64,000 nucleotides of DNA from Paraphysomonas bandaiensis (Eukaryota; Protista; Chrysophyceae): assembly GCA_965644295.1 (NCBI GenBank), contig CBFFRP010000365.1, positions 124,001 to 188,000 on the forward strand. Reading direction: 5' to 3'. Positions 13,130 to 24,598 of the stretch are shown here, one piece after another (the first letter of the stretch is position 1; the number at the start of each line of letters is the position of its first letter). The notes under the pieces are model-generated. The model was not told where the DNA came from. It made no database searches and saw nothing but the letters and a program-made list of their open reading frames with translations. A program made the position numbers and the translations under genes.

Positions 13130-14722
13130 TTATACATTGATATTGCTTTCATTTGGAATTGTTGACTCGTACAACTTCATCTGTTTCATGAAACCATCAT
13201 TAGGACATATAAACGGTCGAGCTCTCTTAACAAGCGCATATGCTTGCTTAAAGGAAATTCGATGAGCATACATAAGATATACGATACATATGGTTGCAGA
13301 TCGTGACATTCCCATATGACAGTGTACAAGAACGGATCCACGTTGATCTATACACGACTGAATGAAACCAATACACTTCTCAAAATGTACATATAAATCC
13401 TCCTCTTCTACATCATCAACTTCAACCACATGATAAATTAACTTTTCAACGAAGCGTGGCGAAGTATTCATACAGCAGCACACGTGGGTAATACCATGTG
13501 CTTGTAAAGACTCAAGTGACTCGGCAGCATACACTGGACCTATATACAACCGAGGAATAACCAATTGCATCGCACGAAAGTCTAGTGGTGAGTCCTCATT
13601 CGCAGACAGAGAAAGTTTCCTCGCTCTCGGCAGTGCTGTCAGCAGTCCACGGCGCCAAAGCATTAAATACAGCTCTTTCCCTACTGATTCAATTCGGTTA
13701 TCCTTCTCTTTGCATCCTACACGAAGACAAGCGTGCAAAGTGCGTGTTTCCTCGTCAGTAAATTCCATACACGTACTGTCTACTGCCACAAGAGTGGCCA
13801 CGTATATATCTAAATCTAAAGCATTGAATTCCGGTTCATAACGTAGCAACCTAGGAGGTGAGATGTCAAATACATAACTTCTAGTTGAAGATGATTCGTC
13901 TCTGTCATCACTATATGGAGGGATGATGAAGCAAGTTTTGATACAATGAGGGTGTGAATACGCTCCGGAACTGCAGTACATTTGAGCGCACACATGTAAT
14001 GACGGCTGTAATTCTATTACTCGCTGCAGCAAAACTGTACACCCACTATGTTCATCTTTGCTTGTATCTATATGACGTGTATCACCAATTCCGAATGGGG
14101 GAATAAAAGTAACCAATATATCACACGCAGGTATATTCTCCCATTTCTTAGCAACACTACGAATATTCATAAAAAATTGCGAATTACTTAGCGGTGGTGA
14201 GGTATTAAAGTCCACTGTCTCACTAGCTAACCACGGGGCACCGTATATACGCAAGCCATGGATGGATACAAGACCTTCTTCAAGGTAATGTATATTGGGA
14301 GAGAGATTCTGAATTAGTCCTTTCGGGCATTGCTTTGCATCAGTTTCATCCATATCGGATAAACAATCCCTTTCAGTCTCTATTCTTGTTCCAGGTATAA
14401 CAACTACACTTTCATATTTTCTCTCATGAGAGATTTTCATCAGATAATTATGACGATTAACACTCTCTTCGTAACTTAATAGTTGCATCGGATTTCCAGT
14501 CATGATCAGTATATCGCCTTCTGGAAATCGACTGAGATGCTCATCCAAGTGAATGGATGTGTTGCTGTTGACTCTGTATGTTGGAGAGTCTCTCATTAGT
14601 ATGACTCTTACAGGACCCCCTTCACCATATACTACACACGAACTGCATCCCTCTGGGAAGACAGGGAGGGAATGAGATGATGGAGAAGAGTGTTTTACCA
14701 TCAATGATTTAAGCCACTGCAT
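13130..14722 (-). CDS. Degenerate MPPED-type metallophosphoesterase domain fused to a dual-specificity phosphatase
   Basis: C-terminal RLYIGP...GITHVCCC...VLVHCHMGMSRSATICIVYLM...RPFICPNDGFMKQM (HCX5R DUSP); N-terminal GDILIMTG, IHGLRIYGAPW, WENIPACDILVT.IPPFGIGD, HSGCTVLL..V..LQPSLHV follow the MPPED1/2 pattern. Confidence 0.9.
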   Translation of the reverse strand: MQWLKSLMVKHSSPSSHSLPVFPEGCSSCVVYGEGGPVRVILMRDSPTYRVNSNTSIHLDEHLSRFPEGDILIMTGNPMQLLSYEESVNRHNYLMKISHERKYESVVVIPGTRIETERDCLSDMDETDAKQCPKGLIQNLSPNIHYLEEGLVSIHGLRIYGAPWLASETVDFNTSPPLSNSQFFMNIRSVAKKWENIPACDILVTFIPPFGIGDTRHIDTSKDEHSGCTVLLQRVIELQPSLHVCAQMYCSSGAYSHPHCIKTCFIIPPYSDDRDESSSTRSYVFDISPPRLLRYEPEFNALDLDIYVATLVAVDSTCMEFTDEETRTLHACLRVGCKEKDNRIESVGKELYLMLWRRGLLTALPRARKLSLSANEDSPLDFRAMQLVIPRLYIGPVYAAESLESLQAHGITHVCCCMNTSPRFVEKLIYHVVEVDDVEEEDLYVHFEKCIGFIQSCIDQRGSVLVHCHMGMSRSATICIVYLMYAHRISFKQAYALVKRARPFICPNDGFMKQMKLYESTIPNESNINV

Positions 14723-15135
14723 GGCTGGATTGTATCAATATGATATGTGTAATCTATGGGGTGTTAGTGTGTAGATCTGCATGGTCATGTACAGTACAGC
14801 TGTGTGTTCTACGTGCGTTCGTTTAGCGTGCTCAGAGAACAGTGAGGATGAGGAAAACTCCAAGATATTTGTATCAAGATATACAAAATACGAGGTTTTA
14901 TACACGTAATCCTACAGCAATACAGTGTATGTTAAGGAGTAGTCCAGCTAAAACTCCTGATAAACTCATTGCTTGTACTGCTGTATATGTGTGTATGTGG
15001 TATCTACTACTGCGTACAGGAGGTTGTATATATAACCTCAGTGTACTCAAGATATATATATATAGAGAGCCTATAACCACAACAGAGTTAAGACTATATA
15101 ATTCTATTCCAATTATTAGATTTTTATTATCAGAT

Positions 15136-15684
15136 ATGGGAAAGAAAAGCGAGAATTGGAGTCGTTATTTCTTGCTGGAGTGTCTAGCACTGGCTATCTA
15201 CATGTCAGCCCCTTTCATTGATATGTATGTCAATAATGGTCCACCAGCAGACACTAAACCATTTTCTACATTTGATGATTTTTATCCATTTTATTTAACT
15301 CAACATGCGGATGTTACGTGTCGTAGATTGCATTTTATTGGAACTTCTATTGTAATATTCATGGCGTTGGAAGACATAAGGATTGCTCTCTCTATCCTTC
15401 CTGCTGGTTTACTGGGTATGGGACTAGTGAAGCTATTAATGCACATTCCACATGGTGGTTTTGAAATGGCTGCCCTTGTCTCGATGTTTTTGAGCTGCTC
15501 GTACTCTCTGACGAAGGATTGGCGCAAAGGCGTTTCGTGTATTCTTGTTGGATACGCTTTCGCATGGGTAGGTCACTTCTTTTTTGAAATGAACAATCCC
15601 GCGACTTTTATTTATCCCACATACAGTTTGTTAAGTGATTTTAAACTGTGGTTTGAAATCGCCTCAGGGATCAGAGAATTCTAA
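15136..15684 (+). CDS. DUF962 / Mpo1-like membrane protein
   Basis: FDDFYPFYLTQHA...RRLHFIGT...GYAFAWVGHFFFEMNNPATFIYPTYSL; likely start MGKKSEN at 15136. Confidence 0.9.
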   Translation: MGKKSENWSRYFLLECLALAIYMSAPFIDMYVNNGPPADTKPFSTFDDFYPFYLTQHADVTCRRLHFIGTSIVIFMALEDIRIALSILPAGLLGMGLVKLLMHIPHGGFEMAALVSMFLSCSYSLTKDWRKGVSCILVGYAFAWVGHFFFEMNNPATFIYPTYSLLSDFKLWFEIASGIREF

Positions 15685-16254
15685 GTTTGGCATTGTGCAC
15701 ATCGCCTAGCACACGACCAGGACAGAGTATCTACTTCGTAGTTATATCCATTGCGTTAATGTTTCAGTTTCAGATGATCAAATAGAAATAGAATCGCGGA
15801 AGAAATGTTATAGTTAATAATAAGTAAAGTAGTCTTTTAAATAAAGGTTGTAATCGTCGGTTTTAGGTATGTAGGTATTGTTAGTGTAAATGTATACCAG
15901 GATTGCGTAAAAATTTGTTGGTATGAAAGCACATTTCTCTTACTATTAGTAGTTCATCATGACACTTGACAGAATATATGGTTGCAGCTAAATGAGTACG
16001 CAGTAAATCTATGTACTCGTAGTAGCTGGAGAGATGTAGTTCTGTCTTCTGTCGTCATTCGTAATCAACAAAAGTACTGATGTTGTAAACTTGATACATA
16101 TGGGTACAACGAATTCTATAAAATAGTTGTTATTATATTAGCAAACTACAGATTACTTGTGTATATAATATATAAATCTATCAGAGTATTATCGTCCACT
16201 GTTTCAATAGAACCTCGCCTGCCAGATCATTTCTCTTAGCATCAAATCATTCAA

Positions 16255-17327
16255 TCATTTATGCATTAAGCTATCAAGGGCGTCGACTCCACCGATATCC
16301 TGTGGTACATATTGAATATGAATGGCAAGTCAAAGTGCTATGAGTATAGTAAAACCTCAGTATGTTTGGAGTCTGGAAGAGAGTCTGATATCGCGATCAG
16401 CTCATCTACAATCGTTGTAAAATCTGGGCGATCGTGACCATTCTGATCCCTACAGCATAGTAATTCATGGCAAAAATAAATAAAAAGCAACAGCAAATTA
16501 CCACGCGCTCTGTATGAGGCGAGAGCATCGTGGAGGGATGGAACCGGACAGCCGAGGTCTTGACCCACTCATTACCTTCTGCCGAATGTCCGCAATCTCC
16601 TGCATGTAGAACGGTATCTCGCCCGAAAGAATCTCCCAAAAGAGTATACCATAGGCATATACATCTACAGATTTATTGTAGGATTTATTTTGAAATAATT
16701 CTGGCGCCATATAGGCAGGGGTGCCCGCTTGAGTATTGGTATTTTTCACCAGCCCAAAATCACATATTTTAGCAGCGCCGTTAAACGCCATCAGAACATT
16801 GAGTGATTTCAGGTCCCTGTGAATAATAGCTGGTTTAAGGGAGTGAAGATACTCCATTGCAGATGCTACATCCAGCTAAGCATATCGAGTCAAATAGACT
16901 ACAATGGCAAAATACACATACCGCTATTCTAATACAATCACTCTCGGAGTAGTTCACGCGTTCTACGTGAAGCAAATGATACAGTGAATCTTGACATAAT
17001 TCCATCACAAAGCAGAGATTAGGGGGGACCATACATGCACCAAGAAATGACACAATATTCGAGTGATTCAACTTGCTCATAACAAGTAGCTCGTCAAGAT
17101 ACTCCTGTTTCAACTTCTCATCCACTCTATTATATAAATGATAATTTGATCAGTAATATAATATATTTAAACCTTGGATCGAAGAGTGTTTTCAATGCAA
17201 CAGGCTTATCTTTGAACCATCCCTTGTATATAACCCCCACACCTCCACCGCCTATTCTCTCACCTAATTCAATATCTCTTTCGAAATCAAGATGATTCCA
17301 TCCATCATCTTCTTTACTATCAGTCAT
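16255..17327 (-). CDS. TKL-group protein kinase (MLK/CTR1-like), kinase domain only, multi-exon
   Basis: GGGGVGVIYKG, VALK, HRDLKSLN, DFG, GTPAYMAPE, DVYAYGILFWE motifs spread over about 5 exons; last exon ends DALDSLMHK*. Confidence 0.93.
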
Positions 17328-17836
17328 TTGAATGAATCGTAGTGTGATATAGCTCAGCACCTGTGCTTTATGCTCCTTTCAACAGATGCAGTTGTCTATG
17401 AGCCTATATGTATAGAGAATATCGTATGTGCAGCTCCCATCATATCGTACTATTCTGGTATAGATATCCGGATATCTGGCGCAAATAAATAGAGAAAATT
17501 TCTCATTTTCCCCCATGAAGAGGGATTTTCCCTCTATGAGATAAAAAACATAGATTTTAGGCTGTAAATTACACACATTTTGTGATACCGTTTATTTCCT
17601 CGCTCTCTGTATGCAGCCATACAGCAGGCAGTATATGGCTGTATGTATGAAACTGATATATATAACCAGCACATGTATACATACATTAATAGACGGCACC
17701 CTGTAGAGATCACTGTCGACTTCATCCTACTATATGCTCTATATATGCCGTAGCAGATAATCAAACATGCAGTGTTGAGTAGAGGCTGATCATATACACA
17801 CATACATACACACATATATACATACATATCTGAGTA

Positions 17837-18781
17837 ATGGACAATGAGGGGGATGTTGAGGGTGAAGAAAAGAAGAAATGGCTTATAAAACTACCATCTA
17901 ATGAAGAAGAAGAAGAAAAACAAGTATGTGAAGAATGTGAACAGAAGAATTATATTATTGAGCAGTTACAAGAGGAGTTAGAGAGTGAGCGGAAGGCTAT
18001 GGAAGAAACCATTCGAATGGTTGAGAAATTAGAATCAGATCATAAAGCTCAAATTCAAGAATTGAAACATACATTAAATTTTGAGAAAGATAAAGTTGTT
18101 TCACTAGAGAGATCTTTACATGAAGAACGTAAAGCTCGGATGCAAGAAATTTATAAGCAAGATCGTCAGTCCAAAGATTTTGACTACATTCAGAAGGATT
18201 ATGAAAAGGTCAATATTATGAATCAAGGAATGTCTGAAGAATACGAGGCTCTTAAAAATGAGAATATTGCACTTGCAGAGGCGGCGCGTCAATTGCAAGA
18301 AAACAGAAGTTCAATTCTATTGGAGCTACAAAGGTACGAAGAACAAGTTGCTGAGCTGGAGGTCACAAACACGGATCTACGCAAGCGATTGTATGATGCG
18401 GAGGTCAGCAGGGATACTTTTGAGGTTAAGTGCGAAAGATTAAAGAGCAGGATCGATGCGTATAAAACTGGAAATGTTGATTCCAACAAAATGAAAAGCA
18501 AGTCCAGTGGGTCCTCGTTGGGACCTTTGAGATCGTACCATAAGGTAAATAGATTGCGTAGCCGCTATCGTGAATGGCAGTGTAATGTGTTTTGTATGTA
18601 ACAGAGGTGGCCCAACGAAGATAGCCAAATATCACACCATAGTTTTAACAGTTATAGTACGGGAAGTTCCAGTAGAATATCTGAACTTAGTGCATTGTCT
18701 GTGATACGAAACTTCAACAAAGATCCACGCACTATAAGGGATAGCAAGGCGAGGGCACCGGGCTTATGGCCAGTGAAGTAA
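17837..18781 (+). CDS. Uncharacterised coiled-coil protein (2 exons)
   Basis: E/K/Q/L heptad-rich ORF; intron from 18545 (gtaaat...aacag) leads in frame to ...APGLWPVK*. Confidence 0.8.
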
Positions 18782-19477
18782 TAGTTATGGACTCGATATC
18801 CTTCGTGTGAACTATAGATAAGTGTATATGTGCTACTTGTTTAATGTAAGAATTGTGTTTATCTATGACTCAGTAGAGTATGGCACATGATCATAGAGCT
18901 GAGAAGACAATAACAAATATACAACTTGAGAAGGTGTACCGGTTTACAGCACTGCACTCTTCTCACTTTTCATGTTGTAAGCACACGGTATCATCGACTT
19001 TGCACTGCAATCAAAGTATTTAATTTGATACACTTAGTAGCTAGCTAGTAATAGTATTTAAAATAATAGTGAACAAAATATTGATCAAATGCCAAAACAA
19101 TCCTACTAGCTCTACTAAATATTCTTTCAACCTTATTGGTTATAGGTGGTGACATGCAAGTGCTTCATGCTGTGGTACCGAATTTGCTTGTTAAGGTTGC
19201 GATGCATGTTACCATTAAACATTTAACATGTGCTGTTTTGGGATTCTGAAGTAAACCCTCACTGTCGTGCGTCATCATCTTCTTCCTCATTGACTAAAAG
19301 ACCAAAAATATTTTAATTGGATCTTAATCGACATTAAAGACCAGTAATACAAGCATTACATAAGCCACGTTGCGCTACAATTAATGTCTCTATTGTACTA
19401 CGCTGTCAACAGGAAATATTGTATTCCAAAACTTTACTTTGTATTAAGACAATACGGAAAATATTTACTCCTACTTA

Positions 19478-21565
19478 TTAAATATTTCCCCATAACTTCC
19501 ACCCAAATATATTAATAAGACAGAAACTGCTGCCTGTGGAGGAGCTCTTCAATTCCAGTCGAACTGCCGAAACTGGACCAATCGCCCTACACTCATCTTC
19601 TGTTAAGCGGATGGTCCACGCGAGGTCCTTTGCAATTTCAACCCAAGTTGGCGTAGCGGTAAACGGGAGCCATTCTATTTAAAGGGGAGGAGTAACTGAC
19701 GACGCCGTACATGACATGACGAACACCTACCTTGGTCACCACGAGATGGTCGATAAAACAAACGGTACGACTCCGCTTTTCTGTTGACCAAGTTGATGTG
19801 ACTGATCAAGCAGCACTTGTCCACAAGACCTACACCACATAATCATCACGACAACAGCACTCACAAAATGCAAATATATATTCGCAGGTCAATCATTAAA
19901 GTCAACTCAAAATTACCTAATTCGACAGATTCATCATTGACATCGGAACCCGCAGAGGCTTGTTTCGATGTTTTCCATTTTGTTTCTCTGTTCCCAGTTC
20001 GGAGGTTATCTGGTCCGTAGGAAGATGTCAATCCAGACAGATGAGATGCTGAAGCCTTCAATATGCCTCCAGCATCCTCTCCCCATAAAGTAATTTCTGG
20101 CCCTCTTGTTGCCATCAATGGTGAAAACTCAACATGTTCACCGTCAACTAATGCCTCCACAAGCATCCCTGTGATGCATGATGACATCACTTCAACTGTC
20201 CAAACACCTTCTCGAAACGACATAGAGAACGGCAGAAGTTTTATGGGGCCGTTGGAGTCCCCCTGTGAACTCACATCACAGAGTTGCACGGACACTTGAG
20301 GGCGTCCACCTGCCCCTCTTGTTATCAACTCACCACTATAGTTTCGCATCGTGAGTTTGAATATGCAATGCCAAGTGAGCTGAGGGGTCAAGTCCAGCGC
20401 AGTTTGCGATAGCTCACACCGCGAGGGGTGGGGAGTGGAGTGGTCACGTATTACCCCTATATTAGGCACTAAGTTCTGAACAGTAGCTAGGGTAGCACCT
20501 TCGAATAGCAGATCTGGTAACGTATGAGGTATAGTGTCTAGTTGTGCTGAAAGGAGAACTTCCATGTGATTTCTAATTTCTTCCCCCACTACCAGGGTTT
20601 GAAGTGGAGAAGCGTGTGCGAGAGTGCTATCTGCATACTTCACGGATAAACGAGCATTGTGAATGTCCTTCCGTAGGGACGAAATCTGGTTATGTAGTTT
20701 GCGGTCTTTAATATTATATAATCTGTCCAGCGCATGCTTCAACTCATTCTCCCTGATTTATATGACGTCTCAACTGAAATCAAGAAACAGATGGTCGAAC
20801 TTACCTTTCTCGCAGGGCATGGTGCAGTGAGTCGAAGGTATTATGCAAAGATTCAGACATTGTTCGATGCTGATGTTCTAATTGCTGCTTGATATCATCT
20901 ATACTATCAGTCTCGGCCTCAAATGTGTCATAAGTCTGTTTCACTGCCTCCACTCGTTTACTGATATCTTCACTCTCGACAGTTATCCCATCTTCAATAG
21001 TTCTTCTAGTGTGTTCATGATGTTCGTACACAGCACACGTCAAGCAGATTGCCGCACGGCATTCACAGCAATATACTTCCAATAATTCTGTCGGGTGTTT
21101 CGGACACATGAAGTTATCTTGTGTACGAACTTTAGAGCTAATAAATTCATCCATTGGTACCAGCTCATGACTTCGTAGAGCTTTCAATTGCCCATGCTGA
21201 ACTTTACATTCTTCACACAATAAAGAGCAACTTTCATCACACTGAAGACACTTCCATACAGATATATTTGAATCACAGTTCTCACATGAGAGCTTCACAT
21301 TCTTTAATTCCTCTTTTCTCTTAATATCCAGTAATCTAATACAAGCAAAATCATCTTGTAGTCCAGGAATACCGCATTCATCCAGTTGAGTAGATATATT
21401 GCATAGAGGGCATATAATACAGTTACCTTCTGCTTCTTGTGCTAACAGCAGACAACACCCTGTACAATAACTATGCAAACAATCAAGAACTTTTGGTCGT
21501 TTATCACTATCTTTTAACTCAAATGTATTGTTACATTTGAAGCAAATTGATATTTCATCACTCAT
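19478..21565 (-). CDS. TRIM-like E3 ligase: RING, two B-boxes, coiled coil, filamin-type Ig, C-terminal discoidin/galactose-binding-like domain
   Basis: CFKC..PKVLDCLHSYCTGC..ICPLC (RING); CENC..CLQC..LLCEECKVQH..H (B-box 1); CPKH..YCCEC..ICLTC..HHEH (B-box 2); FKLTMRNYSGELITRG..VDGEHVEFSP (filamin); ASASHL..YGPDNL..KW (discoidin-like). Confidence 0.85.
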
Positions 21566-23075
21566 GTTATATATAGGGACAGTGTGATGTGATAGTGAGG
21601 GATGTATGAGTATGGCATCTTTCATATGATAGTATACGACCACTGCATCTCTCTACATAGAGAGGACACACATACATATACATATAGATAGCCTGCCTAT
21701 ACAATCTGCTGTAGGGGGTATACCGACCCATACGGAGTAGGGGGCAAGATATACAGCAGTGTATGTGAAATTTTTGGCTTCTATTTTTTTGTCTGTGTAG
21801 CTAGTATCTTGATATCTATATGCTGTATACTGTATATACTGCTGGTATACGGTATACTTGATGTGGATGTGCTGGGCGGATCTATTGCACAGAGTGGATA
21901 TGATGGTGGCTTATGGTAGGAATGATGCATATCATGCAAGCAGAATAACAGGAATGTCAATAACAATGGTCAATGTAACCTAATGAAGCTAGCCTATTAC
22001 AAAGGGGCAGGAGAACAATAGATAGATGTTTAATCGTTGCTATAACTTTACGATTGATAATCATTAGTCGTTCATTGGCAGTGCACTTATTGTGTAGTGT
22101 CTACTATAGTAGCACGAGCAGATACAGCACACTTTGTTCTGTATGGCTGGTGATATCACCATGTAAAAGTGGATTGCAAAATCTGTAATATGGCATGAGG
22201 TTCTGAAGTCAACTGTGGTTACGTTTTTGTAATATGTGTCGAAGTTTTGTTTTAGATATAATGAACCTCATTATTATGTCACAATATATATCCGAACTTT
22301 GAGAGTAATTGTTAGTCTTTGGCTCTGCCCATTCGAATTGACATGCCACGCACGCACACACGCACGTTGCAATCACTAGACTGTAGCACTCAGATAATAC
22401 TACTCAAAAAACAACAGCAATGAAATTCAATACACTAATGGCCACAAAAGCATATTCGCTGTATTAGCCACATATACAGCTGAGTAATATTAACCTACCA
22501 TATTAAGAATCTCATAATTAAATACGAACTTGGAACAAGACGATACAGTTAGTTCAATATTCAATTTATATGCGACGTATTAGGCCCCTGCTACATTCAT
22601 AAAATGAGAATCAGCGCATGCACGCTCTAGTAATCATAATTTCTTCTATATAATAACAGAGACTTCTACTCAACACGCTCAAATGTGTACACACTACACA
22701 CAAAGTGTGTCGTTGCTTTATCGTCTATAATGTAGTCTTCGACAGTAATATTCGGGTGCCTTCAAGTATGATTTGTCAGCAAGTAATAATAAGAACAGTT
22801 GTGTTTTGTTCAATCAATTTAACTGTATCGCTACTTATTCCAATTTGTAGTAGACAAAAAACTTGACCTCATAATGGATAATAAGTTTCTCTATGGGCAA
22901 AACTACACAGGTATTTTAAAGGCACTCTAACACTTTGACTCCCACAATACTCAGCACTCACAACACTTATACTAGTTCGAAGTACAATCTTATCACCTGG
23001 CTTGAGACCTGTTGATAAAGGCGCAACAATGATTATATTTATATAGATGAACACAAAGCTCTAGAATACCGATAT

Positions 23076-23849
23076 CTATTTCTTGCGCGCTTGATTAGCA
23101 GCAGTTGCGGCAGTGGATATAACCGATGAATCTGGTCAAAATAAAATTAAATTTATATTAGGATGTAACATACAACATCACATAATATATGACATAAAGC
23201 TCTACGAAAATATTGAGCATAACGTTACATACCGATTTCTTGTGTGGCCTCCGAATACATACTTGTATTTCTTGTAAACTAAAGCATATCATATCAGAGA
23301 GAGCATTAGTTTGCGTCAAAATCTTACATCTTCCAACATGCTTTTCTCGAGAGGATCAAGAGGTTCACCAAGCTTATCAAGGGCGCTTAATATTTCTGAG
23401 GACAAGAGACGATACTCATTATCTGGTAGTCTGCCTAGCTTGTGATCAGCCTGTATTGCTGCCAGCCTGCTGCGAAGGGCCCCATTCTCCTTTTTAGCGA
23501 ACATTTTAATTACCTCAGGTGATTTGAAAGCGCTTCGAATAGCTTGCTGAATGGCCAATTGTACACTGCCGATTTCATCAACTAGAGTCATGTTACCCTC
23601 TTTCATTTTCATAAGAGACTGTTCAAACTCCTTCATTTGCTGAATGGTATCTTGGCGAGATTCTTCATATTCATCATCATCAAAATCTTCTCTGTTATCT
23701 TCGAGATCCTGTAGCTGTTGTAGTAGTCTGATAATTAGATTGATTTGTTATAAATATCATCAACTACTGATCATTAACCTGTTCAATTGATCTTCAATAT
23801 TAGCCTTTAGGCGTAATGTTTCAGCATTTCCACGTCCACCAGAGTCCAT
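23076..23849 (-). CDS. LZIC: LZIC (leucine zipper and ICAT-homology protein)
   Basis: RGNAETLRLKANIEDQLNRLLQQLQDLE...GNMTLVDEIGSVQLAIQQAIRSAFKSPEVIKMFAKKE matches LZIC. Confidence 0.93.
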
Positions 23850-24598
23850 GTTAAATATAAGTGTGGTATAGTGGTTAGTCCCTCTATCTGGATAATATAT
23901 GGCTGTACATGTCTATAATAGCCATGCATGTATTGTACATAACTCACTGCTGTACACTGATATACTGGTATACATACTGCTGTATATTGATATGATACTC
24001 TAACCGTATCTACAGCAGTACCAAGTACATGATGTGTAGACGTCTTTCTATGTGCAACTATGTGTATGTCCAGTATACAAGTACAACAGTGAATACATGA
24101 TTTTTATACAGTATTGTTGGTATTACAGACATGAGTCGTACACAAGTACGCACGTCTTAAATATACGTGGTATTTATGCCATTGACCACAAATTTCAATG
24201 TTTTCTGGACATTCCGAACCTAGAAACTTCCTATTTCTAGAAAACTCATCTACACCGGACAACATGTTGCTGTGTATCCATCCAGGAAGAAGGTCACACT
24301 TTGCTTGTTATCCAATCACAGGCCAGATCAGTGGCCAATAAGAAGTCCAAACAAGATGATTCGAAATTGACCTTCGAAAGAAGGGTATATACGAGGAGTT
24401 ACGAGATTATGGTATGATCCAGCCATATACATACATACATGCACACGTACATACATACATTCAGAGGTGTCTTATTTGGTTTGAGTTGAGAGTCATTCTA
24501 TACCACTCCTATAAGTGTCGATCATATTGAACGACATAAGTGGGATACATACACACATTTCCTTCCTTTAAGTAATCCACACAAACATACATCTATTC

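Larger units (their letters stand above)
10240..14469. repeat. Tandem direct duplication, 2115-bp unit (10240-12354 and 12355-14469)
   Basis: Both units start atggctctgttaaaac and end gattaacactctctt; ORF translations offset by 2115 nt are identical. Confidence 0.97.

Noticed and set aside
14842-15135. N-terminal extension of the DUF962 ORF
   Set aside because: Non-ATG start, promoter-like TA-rich sequence containing the ACTGCTGTA motif; the real start is probably 15136.
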